Assembly (NCBI GenBank): GCA_903884535.1
Contig: CAISEZ010000090.1
Coordinates: 1,953 to 65,952, forward strand
Direction: 5' to 3'
DNA length: 64,000 nt
Source: an uncultured Verrucomicrobia subdivision 3 bacterium
GTDB taxonomy: Bacteria > Verrucomicrobiota > Verrucomicrobiia > Limisphaerales > UBA11358
A program made the translations under genes and the position numbers. Positions 53,390-62,141 of the stretch are shown here, in pieces. Under the pieces are notes generated by a model. The model worked only from the letters and a program-made list of their open reading frames with translations, made no database searches and was not told the DNA's origin. Position 1 is the first letter of the stretch. Each line of letters starts with the position of its first letter.

Positions 53390-53959
53390 TCATAGGACGA
53401 ACGGCACGAGCGCCTTCACTTCTTTGCGATACGCCGGATAGTCATCGGGGAAATGTTGCAGCATCAGTTTTTCCTCCTGCTTGAGCTTGACCCAAAAGCC
53501 GATGAAGACCACCACTAATCCCAGCCAGCCGTGCAGGTGGCCAGTGTTGAGGGCCGAGCCGAGGCACATCACCAGCAGACCGGTGTAAATGGGATGCCGC
53601 GCGAAACGGTATGGCCCGGCCAGCACGAGTTCATGGTTCTGCTTGAAGGTGACGTCGCTGCTCCAATTGCCGGCGAGCGTTTTGCGCGCCCAGATCGTGA
53701 TGAACAATCCGGCCACGCACAGGGCGGCGCCGATGGTTTGCGTGACGTCCGTGCGCGGGGTCAAATGGTGGTTCAGCGGCGGCGGGAATCCTTGAAACGC
53801 CAGTAGCCACCAGCCGAATCCCACCGGCAGCCGATGGCGCATTGCAGCGGCCAGGCTTTGTTTTTCGGCGATCGCCTTGACCTTTTGCGCGCTGATGAGC
53901 CAGTAAAGCAGAAAGACCACCCAACAACCGATGATGATGGAATCTGCGCTTTTGAACAT
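53390..53959 (-). CDS. Isoprenylcysteine carboxyl methyltransferase (ICMT)/phospholipid methyltransferase family membrane protein
   Basis: 189 aa, four or five TM, with L(V/A)..GPYRFARHPIYTG motif. Confidence 0.75.
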   Translation of the reverse strand: MFKSADSIIIGCWVVFLLYWLISAQKVKAIAEKQSLAAAMRHRLPVGFGWWLLAFQGFPPPLNHHLTPRTDVTQTIGAALCVAGLFITIWARKTLAGNWSSDVTFKQNHELVLAGPYRFARHPIYTGLLVMCLGSALNTGHLHGWLGLVVVFIGFWVKLKQEEKLMLQHFPDDYPAYRKEVKALVPFVL

Positions 53960-54069
53960 GGCGATGTCAGCAGAATTACCGCATTCCGCCGGAAGTTCAA
54001 GCGCGCGGATTTACGGTTCCCCAAAAATTTGCGGCGACTACCGGCCATGTCCCGTCCCGGTTTCCAGTT

Positions 54070-54450
54070 TCAAGTTTTTTGCTTTTTCGCAATCTGCCCA
54101 TACCAGATGCCGGAAGCGGTGAACACCACGCTGCATCCGGCAATGAACCAGACGAGAAACGGCACCGGCAAATAAAAATACGCGCCAACCGTGCCGGCCG
54201 CGGAAAGCCCACCGCATAAATAGGAATAAAAGGCGCTGGCCCGCGCGCTTTGCAGGCTCTTCTGCAAAATTAATTGCATGGCGGCATCGGCGCGGATGAG
54301 GGCGTCGGCGCAGTTTTCGGAACACACCAGCCGTTGCGTGGCGCTGGGCTTGGCGCAGTCAGCGCACACGGCGCGGCCGCAATAAATGCAGACGCCGATG
54401 GCTTGGGTCTGGTGCGGAGAACATTTCATGGTGCGGGAACATTCCGCCAC
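54070..54450 (-). CDS. Hypothetical protein: N-terminal Cys-rich zinc-ribbon/B-box-like motif plus two C-terminal TM helices
   Basis: 126 aa. Motif C-x2-H...CIYCGRAVCADC...C-x3-C. Family not recognised. Confidence 0.45.
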   Translation of the reverse strand: MAECSRTMKCSPHQTQAIGVCIYCGRAVCADCAKPSATQRLVCSENCADALIRADAAMQLILQKSLQSARASAFYSYLCGGLSAAGTVGAYFYLPVPFLVWFIAGCSVVFTASGIWYGQIAKKQKT

Positions 54451-54523
54451 GGCCGCTGCAAAGGCAAATCAGAAACGGTTGAAACCGTGGGCTCTTTTCG
54501 ATTGGGCCGTCGGCGCTAAATTT

Positions 54524-55576
54524 TTATCGGACCTGTTCGATTTGAAACCGTGCCGGATTGGCGATGCCGAGTTGGAGCAGCGCGGCGTTCGTGTAGATTT
54601 CAAAATTCGATTTTGCCGGCGGCACAGCAAAGTGATCGCGTTCGCGCGCCAGTTCTTTTAACGCCAGCGTGTCGAGCGCCACGGGGTCGTGGCTGAACCA
54701 AAGCTGTTGCAGCACGGTGGAGTATTGCAGATAGCCGGCCGGGCCGCCCTGAAACTGGCCGAGCAACGCGTCGGTGACGTAGAGCGTCGTGCGGTCGCCG
54801 ACGGCGGGCAGCGCGATGATCTCCGGCAGCGCGGTGGCCAGCCGGTCACCGTCGCCCTCGAAGCGGCGGGTGTTGTCCACGCTGCCGAGCGCGAGGCTGA
54901 AAAAATGCCCGCAGGTGCCGGCGTCGTTTTCGTTGATCAGCGGCGCGACGGAAATGATCTTGGTGAATCGCTGGCTGACGAGTTTGGTAACGAAGGATTT
55001 TTTGCCGAGAATTGAATCTTTATTTGTCCGGCCGAATTCCAGATCGCCCCAGTTGAGTTGGCCGATCACCGGTGAGTCGGGCAGATAAAAAGTTTTTTCG
55101 TCGTAGCCGGATTCCACCGCGCCGGCCACGCGCACACCGAGCGTTTTGCCCAACCGAAAAAATCCGGCCGAACGCAAATCGCGGGCGTGCTTGTCCCAAA
55201 TAATAATCTGTTCGCGCGTCAGTCCGGCGGCGAGCAAACCGCGCGTGATCGCGGCGACGACGGCGGGATGCGTGCCGTCGAGCGGTCCGGGCTGGGAAAA
55301 AACCTTGATGCCGACGGTGTCGTTCGTGGCGACGAGGCTCCGCCAGGCGTCGGCGACATTGGTGGTGAGCGTGAAATGGGTGAGGCCGCGATTGAACAGC
55401 ACTTCCACACCGTCGTCATGCGCTAGAAACGCGTCGAACAGGTTTTCGCCCTGCGCCAGGACGACGCGCGCCACGGCGTTGGTCGTGGGCATGGGCAACG
55501 AATCCGCCGCACCGGCGCGTCCGACGAGGACGAGCAGCGCGAGCAAAACCAACTGTGCGTTTCTTGACACTTGCAA
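54524..55576 (-). CDS. Secreted DUF362-like protein
   Basis: 350 aa with a signal peptide. VGIKVF...THPAVVAAITRGLLAAGL...IIIWD and SHDPVALDTLALKEL resemble the DUF362 N- and C-terminal motifs. Confidence 0.5.
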   Translation of the reverse strand: MQVSRNAQLVLLALLVLVGRAGAADSLPMPTTNAVARVVLAQGENLFDAFLAHDDGVEVLFNRGLTHFTLTTNVADAWRSLVATNDTVGIKVFSQPGPLDGTHPAVVAAITRGLLAAGLTREQIIIWDKHARDLRSAGFFRLGKTLGVRVAGAVESGYDEKTFYLPDSPVIGQLNWGDLEFGRTNKDSILGKKSFVTKLVSQRFTKIISVAPLINENDAGTCGHFFSLALGSVDNTRRFEGDGDRLATALPEIIALPAVGDRTTLYVTDALLGQFQGGPAGYLQYSTVLQQLWFSHDPVALDTLALKELARERDHFAVPPAKSNFEIYTNAALLQLGIANPARFQIEQVR

Positions 55577-55600
55577 GCGTGGATGATAACACCATCAGCG

Positions 55601-57328
55601 ATGTTGGCCAAAATAAATTCAGTTCCGCGCGGCGCGCTTTGGTTTTGTGCGCTGGCGGTCATCCTGGCCGGTTGCACGCCGGCGGGGCCGCGCGCTTTGT
55701 TGTCGGGAAAAAAGTTGCTCGACCACGGCGATTTCGCGGCGGCGACGACGCAGTTGAAGACGGCGACGACGCTGCTCGCGACCAACGCGCTGGCGTGGGA
55801 TTATTACGGCGTGGCCTTGCAGCACGCCGGTCAGCCGGACGAAGCCGCCAACGCCTATGCGCGGGCGCTGGAATGCAACCGCGATTTGGTCGAGGCGCAT
55901 TTCAATCTCGGCAGCCTGTGGCTGGAACAAAACAAGCCGGACGCGGCGAAAACGGAATTCACCGCCTACACGCTGCGCCGCAACAACGACCCGGCGGGCT
56001 GGCTCAAGCTCGGCTCCGCGCAGTTGAAGCTCGGCGAAACCGTGCCGGCGGAAAAATGTTTCAGCACTGTGCTCGCCTTGAAACCGAATGATGCCGAGGC
56101 TTACAACGGCCTTGGTTTGGCGCGCATCCAGCGCGGCAAGCCGCGCGACGCCGCGCAGTTTTTTGCCGCCGCCGTGTCGGCGCGTCCGGATTTTGCCCCG
56201 GCCATTTTGAATCTCGCCACGACCTCGCAGCAGTATTTGCGCGACAACAAAACGGCGCTGGAAAATTACCGCGCCTATCTCGCGCTGACGCCGCGCCCGG
56301 CGAATTGGGATGACGTGAATGCGCTCGCCAGCGGCTTGGAACAAGCGCAGGCCGCCATTGCGCAGGCGGCCATGCCCGCGCCGAAGCCCGTGCCGGTCGC
56401 GCCGGTGGTGGAACCGAAGCCGCAGCCCAAACCCGTGGTCGTCAGCACCTCGCGTCCGCCGGTGGCGGCAAAACCCATCGTGGCTCGGGTGATTATTTCC
56501 AATCCGCCAGCCGCGCATCCGGCGCCGGCCGCGCCGGTGCAAATGGTGAAAGTAGCGCCCGCACCGGTGATTGTCACCACGCCCGCGCCGGTTGTGGTAG
56601 CCGCCCCCGTCACGCCGGAATCCATCGAGGTGCCGATGCCGGAACCGCCGAAGAAAGCCGGTTTCTGGCACAAGCTGTTTGGTGCATCCAAAAACGAAAC
56701 CCCGGTGGCCAGCACGCCATCCGAACCCGCCGTGACACCGTTGCCCGCCACAACCGAACCGGTAGTTCACTCTGCGGCCAAGCCTATTTATTCGGAACCG
56801 GCACCGGTCACCTTTTCGCGCTATAATTATATTTCACCGGCGAAGCCGGCCGCAGGCGACCGGCGGGCCGCGAGCGGCGCGTTCACCAAGGCGCGCGTGC
56901 TGGAGCAGGACGAGCAATGGACCGAGGCGCTTCGCTGGTATCAGTCGGCGGCGGAGCTGGACCCGTCGTGGTTCGAGGCGCAATACAACACCGGCGTGCT
57001 CGCGCACAAGCTGCGGAATTATCCGCTGGCGCTGCCGAGCTACGAAAACGCGCTGGCCATCCAGCCGGACGCGGCGGATGCGCGCTACAATTTTGCGCTG
57101 GCGCTCAAGGCGGCGGGCCACGCGCCGGACGCGGCGGATGAACTCAAAAAAATGCTCGCGGTGAGTCCCGGCGAAGTGCGGGCGCACCTGGCGCTGGCCA
57201 ATCTCTGCGCGCAATCGCTGCACGACAATGCGCAGGCGCGGACGCATTATCGGAAAGTGCTGGAACTGGAACCGGACAACGCCCAGGCTGATGACATCCG
57301 TTTCTGGCTCTCGGCCAATCCCAAGTAG
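55601..57328 (+). CDS. TPR-repeat lipoprotein with a central Pro/Ala/Val-rich linker
   Basis: Lipobox AVILAGC. TPR units lie on both sides of a ~140-aa PAP/PVP-rich low-complexity region (about 56340-56760). Confidence 0.8.
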   Translation: MLAKINSVPRGALWFCALAVILAGCTPAGPRALLSGKKLLDHGDFAAATTQLKTATTLLATNALAWDYYGVALQHAGQPDEAANAYARALECNRDLVEAHFNLGSLWLEQNKPDAAKTEFTAYTLRRNNDPAGWLKLGSAQLKLGETVPAEKCFSTVLALKPNDAEAYNGLGLARIQRGKPRDAAQFFAAAVSARPDFAPAILNLATTSQQYLRDNKTALENYRAYLALTPRPANWDDVNALASGLEQAQAAIAQAAMPAPKPVPVAPVVEPKPQPKPVVVSTSRPPVAAKPIVARVIISNPPAAHPAPAAPVQMVKVAPAPVIVTTPAPVVVAAPVTPESIEVPMPEPPKKAGFWHKLFGASKNETPVASTPSEPAVTPLPATTEPVVHSAAKPIYSEPAPVTFSRYNYISPAKPAAGDRRAASGAFTKARVLEQDEQWTEALRWYQSAAELDPSWFEAQYNTGVLAHKLRNYPLALPSYENALAIQPDAADARYNFALALKAAGHAPDAADELKKMLAVSPGEVRAHLALANLCAQSLHDNAQARTHYRKVLELEPDNAQADDIRFWLSANPK

Positions 57329-57422
57329 GATTTTTCAAACTTCTTTAAGCGGGTTCCCCAAAGGGCAGGTGTCCGATTTCTCGGGGTATTGTAATATCTG
57401 GATGACATTTAAATTGCACCTG

Positions 57423-57779
57423 ATGAATACCGCTTTTTTTGAAAGCCACCTTGCCGGTGACGCGAGGGTTCCGGAAGGCTTGCCGTTGGCCGGCGAGCCT
57501 GCGGATGATTTCCTGCGTTTCAAAAATGGAGTTTTTCAAAAGATGCAGCCCACCCAATTTGCGGGACTCAGTCTCGACGGCTGGCAAATTTTTGATTCAC
57601 TGGAAGCGGCGCGCGCGGCGGCCAAGGAATGGGTCAGCCGTTATCCCAACCAGGAGTATCTCATCTATGACGCGGGCCAGCAATTGGTCAAACGTGTCCT
57701 GAACGGCCAGCCCAACGGGGATTTGCAGGCCCTTTGGCGGGCCACCCAGACCAAGCCATGGTGGAAGTTTTGGTCCTGA
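57423..57779 (+). CDS. Hypothetical protein (118 aa)
   Basis: ORF with coding-like composition after the TPR gene. The start is uncertain (57402 or 57423). Confidence 0.4.
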   Translation: MNTAFFESHLAGDARVPEGLPLAGEPADDFLRFKNGVFQKMQPTQFAGLSLDGWQIFDSLEAARAAAKEWVSRYPNQEYLIYDAGQQLVKRVLNGQPNGDLQALWRATQTKPWWKFWS

Positions 57780-57986
57780 GTGTTGCCCATGTTTCTCTTG
57801 TGTCTTGAAATTTATCTGGTCGGCTGCGGCGTGTCGTTGCTGGTTTTTCTGCTGGGAAGTTTTGCCGTTTTAAGCACGTGGAACCGGTCGTGGCCGGTGG
57901 TTTTCCTCTGGCCGGCGCTGTTGCTGTGGCCGCTTTATTTCCTCGCAGAACGGTTCCTGAAATGGAAATGCCGGCAGTCGAAATAA
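57780..57986 (+). CDS. Hypothetical small membrane protein (68 aa, two TM)
   Basis: The GTG start directly abuts the upstream stop (TGAGTG). Hydrophobic throughout. Confidence 0.35.
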   Translation: MLPMFLLCLEIYLVGCGVSLLVFLLGSFAVLSTWNRSWPVVFLWPALLLWPLYFLAERFLKWKCRQSK

Positions 57987-58084
57987 GCTGACGGCGGCCA
58001 TCGGTCTAACCAGCGCCCGGCGCGGCGGGTTTTCTTGGCACGGATTTCGCTGGCATTCGGGCGGCGACGATTTATTTTCAATCC

Positions 58085-58777
58085 ATGTTTGCTGCGGCCA
58101 TTCATAATCCAAAACAGTGGTATCAGAGCCTGTCATTCAACTGGTTTGACATCACGCTGGTGGCGCTGCTGGCGTTCGGCTTCTGGCGCGGACGCAAGCG
58201 TGGCATGAGCCGGGAATGTCTGCCGGTCATGTTCTGGATTTCCGTGCTGCTGGCGGGGGCTTTCGGCTACAAGCTCCTCGGCGACCAGTTTTTGAATGCC
58301 GCATGGGTGAAACAGGTGTTCGGCAGAAATTTCGTGAACCGCGCCCAGGTGTTCATGTCCAGCTACGCGATCATCGCGTTCGGGGTTTATTTGGTCTTCG
58401 CCATTCTCAACCGCGCGTTCAAGGCCAAGCTGGAGGGCAGCAACGCCTTTGGCGGCAGTGAATATTATTTGGGCATCCTCTCGGGCATTATCCGCTACGC
58501 CTGCATCGCGCTGGTGGCGCTGGCGCTGATCCACGCGCCGTTTTATTCCGCCGCCGAGATTGCCGCCAGCAAGGCCTTCAAACTGGACACCTTTGGTAGC
58601 AAAGGTGTCAAAGGTCTGGAAAATGACACGGGCGATTACATCCCGGATTTTTCGGAAATCCAGGCGAGCATTTTCAAAGGCTCGCTGCTCGGCCCGTTCA
58701 TCAAGGACAACCTGTCCGTGCTGCTCATTGACGGCTTGCCGGCCACGGTCAAGACGCACGGTTCCTACCACAACTGA
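58085..58777 (+). CDS. cvpA: CvpA-family membrane protein
   Basis: 230 aa. N-terminal (F)NWFDI.LV.LL..GFWRG.KRG pattern plus four TM. Confidence 0.65.
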   Translation: MFAAAIHNPKQWYQSLSFNWFDITLVALLAFGFWRGRKRGMSRECLPVMFWISVLLAGAFGYKLLGDQFLNAAWVKQVFGRNFVNRAQVFMSSYAIIAFGVYLVFAILNRAFKAKLEGSNAFGGSEYYLGILSGIIRYACIALVALALIHAPFYSAAEIAASKAFKLDTFGSKGVKGLENDTGDYIPDFSEIQASIFKGSLLGPFIKDNLSVLLIDGLPATVKTHGSYHN

Positions 58778-58789
58778 GCGCGCCGCATC

Positions 58790-60652
58790 ATGGCCGGATT
58801 CCTTTCTCCCGCCACGCGCGAACAAATCCGCGCCGCCAGCGACATCGTGGACGTCATCGGCTCGTATCTGCCGCTGAAACGCAACGGCGCGAACTTCACC
58901 GCGCTCTGCCCGTTTCATAAAGAAAAATCGCCCAGCTTCAACGTCAATCCGCACAAGCAGATTTTTCATTGCTTCGGCTGCCACAAGGGCGGCGATGTTT
59001 TTACGTTCGTCAAAGATTACGAGAACATCGGTTTCATGGACGCCGTGCGCCGGCTGGCCGAGCGCGCGAAAATCCCGCTGGAATTTGAGAACAATCCGGC
59101 CGCGCAGGAATCGCGGCATCTCAAGGATCAACTGCTGCAAATTCACGACCAGATCGCGACACGCTGGCAGAATTGTCTGGCCAACGAAGCCGCCGGCAAA
59201 ATGGCGCGTGATTATCTGGCCAAGCGCGGCGTGTCGACGGACGCGATCAAATTGTTTCGCATCGGTGCCGCGCCGGAATTGTGGGACGACACCGTCAACT
59301 GGGCGAAGAGCAAAGATTATGACCTGGAAGTCATCGAGAAAGCGGGACTCATCATCCGCAAAGCAGCCGGTGAAAATGCCGGCGGCGAGTCCGCGCCCCA
59401 GACGCCAGATGCCCGGCCCAATCCCCGATTGTTTTATGACCGTTTTCGCGGGCGCTTGATGTTTCCGATTTGCGACGAGCAGGGCCGCGTGGTTGGCTTC
59501 AGCGGCCGCATTTTGTCTGGCGACGAAAAGACGGCGAAATATGTCAACTCGCCGGAGACGCCGATTTTCACCAAAAGCAAAATCTTCTTCGGCCTCGACA
59601 AATCCAAGCGTGCGATCCTCGACGCCGGCTCGGCCATCATTTGCGAAGGCCAGCTCGATTTGATCGCGTGTTTCATGAACGGCGTGCAGAACATCGTTGC
59701 CCCGCAGGGCACGGCCTTCACCGACCAGCACGCGCGCATCATCAAGCGTTACGCCAACGAAGTCGTGCTGTGTTTCGATTCCGACAACGCTGGGCAGAAC
59801 GCCATCGTGCGTTCACTCGATCATCTGCTGGCGGCGGAACTGGCCGTGCGCGTGGCGGTCGTGCCGCCGCCGCACGACCCGGACAGCTTCGTCAAAAATT
59901 TCGGCGCGGAAGCATTTCAAGAATTGATCAAAAACGCCGCTGGTTTTTTTGATTATTTGTTGAACCGGCTTTGCGCGACCAACGATGCTGCTACCGACAA
60001 AGGCCGGCTGGCGATTTTGCGCAGCATGGCCGAGGCGCTGCACAAGACCGGCAACAATGTTTTGCTCGACACGCACGCGCAGAAAACCGCGCTGCGGCTG
60101 GGCGTGCCGCCGGAAGCCGTCCGTGCCGAGTTTGCCAAGTTCAAAGTTCAAAGTTCAAGGTTCCAAGACCAGGAACCAGATGAAACGCTGAACCCCGAAC
60201 CGGAAGCCGTGGAACGCCCGTCGCCGCTGGAATTTCACCTGCTCAAACTGATCTTGTTGCACGATGAATTGGCCGGCTGGACTGCGCTGCATCTGGATGT
60301 GAACTGGATTGCGCATCCGCTCGTGCGGCAGATCATCGCGGAACGGCTCACCGCACAGGCCAACGGAACGTGGCAAAGTGTGGGCGCTTTTCTGGATGGT
60401 TTTGAATCGGGCGACCTTCGCAGCCTCGTCACTGAAGCGGTTGCCGAGGAACGAAAAATCCCGAATCCGGAAATGCAGTTAGCCGACCTGACGCTGAAAT
60501 TGCGCAACCAGTTTCTCGACCGGCAGATTGCCGCCTCGATTTTGCGCGCCGCCCAGCCGCAAACCGGTGAGGACGAAAAAATGGAACGCCTCCACGCGCA
60601 ACAGGAATTACGGCGCTTGAAACGCGAGCCGTTGCAGGCGCTGGCCCAATAA
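58790..60652 (+). CDS. dnaG: DNA primase
   Basis: 620 aa. Zinc ribbon CPFHKEKSPSFNV....FHCFGCHKGGD, TOPRIM motif (ICEGQLD, FDSDNAG), and a C-terminal helicase-interaction region. Confidence 0.95.
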   Translation: MAGFLSPATREQIRAASDIVDVIGSYLPLKRNGANFTALCPFHKEKSPSFNVNPHKQIFHCFGCHKGGDVFTFVKDYENIGFMDAVRRLAERAKIPLEFENNPAAQESRHLKDQLLQIHDQIATRWQNCLANEAAGKMARDYLAKRGVSTDAIKLFRIGAAPELWDDTVNWAKSKDYDLEVIEKAGLIIRKAAGENAGGESAPQTPDARPNPRLFYDRFRGRLMFPICDEQGRVVGFSGRILSGDEKTAKYVNSPETPIFTKSKIFFGLDKSKRAILDAGSAIICEGQLDLIACFMNGVQNIVAPQGTAFTDQHARIIKRYANEVVLCFDSDNAGQNAIVRSLDHLLAAELAVRVAVVPPPHDPDSFVKNFGAEAFQELIKNAAGFFDYLLNRLCATNDAATDKGRLAILRSMAEALHKTGNNVLLDTHAQKTALRLGVPPEAVRAEFAKFKVQSSRFQDQEPDETLNPEPEAVERPSPLEFHLLKLILLHDELAGWTALHLDVNWIAHPLVRQIIAERLTAQANGTWQSVGAFLDGFESGDLRSLVTEAVAEERKIPNPEMQLADLTLKLRNQFLDRQIAASILRAAQPQTGEDEKMERLHAQQELRRLKREPLQALAQ

Positions 60653-60655
60653 AAA

Positions 60656-60693
60656 AGGCGCAATCCGGTTGCGGACTGCGCCTCTTTCGTTTT
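60656..60693. terminator. Bidirectional rho-independent terminator between dnaG and the convergent cytochrome gene
   Basis: AGGCGCAATCCG-GTTG-CGGACTGCGCCT (11 of 12 bp), flanked by AAAAAA upstream and CTTTCGTTTT downstream. Confidence 0.7.
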
Positions 60694-60701
60694 GCAGAAA
60701 A

Positions 60702-61100
60702 TTATTTCGCGCCCTGGTTGATCCACGCGATGACCAGCCCGATTTCATCCGGCGTCAGCGTTTTCGCGCCGGCCTTGTTCGGCATCGGCGGCATCCAGCC
60801 GTCTTTGTCGGGGAGCAAATGCGTGATCGCTTTCACGATCAAGCTGTTCGCGCCGTCGCCAGCGGTCAAGATGGCGCCTTTCTTGTTGCCTTTGAGGATG
60901 CCGGCAAGCGTGTCCATGTGCAGCCGGGCTTTGGGCTTGTCGCCGGTGTGGCATTTCACGCAGTTGGCGTCAAAAATCGGCTTCATGTCGGTGGCGTAAG
61001 TGAGGCCGGTTTTGGTGGAAGCGGGCGGCAGCGGGGCGGCGGCTGCGGCAAAACTGAAAGCCACGGCCAAGGCGGCGAGCAGGCATTTGGTCTGATTCAT
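60702..61100 (-). CDS. Secreted c-type cytochrome domain protein (planctomycete cytochrome C / PSCyt1-like)
   Basis: 132 aa with a signal peptide. The I...NCVKCH(T)G...K motif and MPP residues. Confidence 0.75.
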   Translation of the reverse strand: MNQTKCLLAALAVAFSFAAAAAPLPPASTKTGLTYATDMKPIFDANCVKCHTGDKPKARLHMDTLAGILKGNKKGAILTAGDGANSLIVKAITHLLPDKDGWMPPMPNKAGAKTLTPDEIGLVIAWINQGAK

Positions 61101-61241
61101 TATGAATTTAGGTTATGGAATTGATATGTTTTGGTTGCGAACAGGAAATAAGACGCCAGAAACCACCAAAAGGTTCAATAAAAATCTACCGGCGGGCGGA
61201 CGCGGCTTGCAGTCGGCGCGAGCCTGCGCCAACTTTGGCCC

Positions 61242-62096
61242 GTGCAAAGTGAGAATTTTTCCGATGCCGTGCTGGTCATCCTCGGCCACGGCACGACGCT
61301 GAACGCCGAATCCGCCGCGCCGGTTTTTCAGCACGCGGCGGAGTTGCGGCGTCGGAAGATTTTCGCCGCCGTCCGCGAAGCCTTTTGGAAGCAAGAACCG
61401 CACATCAAAACCGTGCTGGCGGAAATTGCCGCGCCGCGCGTCTTCATCGTGCCGTTTTTCATCAGCGAAGGCTATTTCAGCACCGAAATCATTCCGCAGG
61501 AACTTGGCTTCAGCTTTCCCTCCAACTTAAAATTAAAAACTCAAAATTCAGAACTGCATTACTGCCGCCCGGTCGGTTCGCACGACTCGATGACGAAAGT
61601 GATTCTCGCCCGCGCGGAGGAAGTCGTGAAACAATTTCCCTTTCCGCGTGCGCCAAAAAAATCGGAAACGACGCTGCTCATCGCGGGTCACGGCACCGGG
61701 CGCAACGCCAAGTCCCGAAAGGCCGTCGAACGGCAAGTGGAATTGATTCGCGCGCTAAATATTTTCGCCGAGGTCGGCGCGGTGTTCATGGAGGAAGCGC
61801 CGTTCATCAAGGGCTGTCACGCGGCGGTGAACACCAAAAACATCATCGTCGTGCCGTTTTTCATCAGCGACGGTTTGCACGCGGTCGAGGATATTCCGGT
61901 GCTGCTCGGTGAGCCGGATCGGTTCGTGAAAGAACGGCTTGCCGCCGGGCAGCCGACATGGCGTAATCCGACCGAGCGCGATGGCAAACGAATCTGGTAT
62001 TCCGCATCCGTCGGCACCGAGCCGCTGCTGGCCGACGTGATTTTTGAACGCGTCAAAGAAGCATGTGGCAGCCGAAGTGAGTCCGCTCAAACTTAA
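61242..62096 (+). CDS. cbiX: Two-domain CbiX/SirB-type chelatase-like protein
   Basis: 284 aa. Two repeats of the (V/L)LI(L/A)GHGT......P....VVPFFIS(E/D)G pattern. The last 10 codons and the stop lie in a repeat element. Confidence 0.7.
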   Translation: MQSENFSDAVLVILGHGTTLNAESAAPVFQHAAELRRRKIFAAVREAFWKQEPHIKTVLAEIAAPRVFIVPFFISEGYFSTEIIPQELGFSFPSNLKLKTQNSELHYCRPVGSHDSMTKVILARAEEVVKQFPFPRAPKKSETTLLIAGHGTGRNAKSRKAVERQVELIRALNIFAEVGAVFMEEAPFIKGCHAAVNTKNIIVVPFFISDGLHAVEDIPVLLGEPDRFVKERLAAGQPTWRNPTERDGKRIWYSASVGTEPLLADVIFERVKEACGSRSESAQT

Positions 62097-62130
62097 ATTT
62101 AAAGTGAGCGAACTCACGTTCGCTGCTACG
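62065..62130. repeat. 66-nt palindromic element of the same family as the uvrB insertion. It supplies the C-terminus and stop of the CbiX-like gene.
   Basis: GTGGCAGCCGAAGTGAGTCCGCTCAAAC-TTAAATTTAAA-GTGAGCGAACTCACGTTCGCTGCTACG. The left arm is nearly identical to 39151-39178. Confidence 0.7.
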
Positions 62131-62141
62131 CTAGAAAATTT

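Noticed and set aside
56340-56760. Pro/Ala/Val-rich stretch in the TPR lipoprotein, considered as a separate gene or repeat element
   Set aside because: It is in frame and continuous with the TPR domains on both sides. This is a typical low-complexity periplasmic linker, and the antisense ORFs there are shadows.
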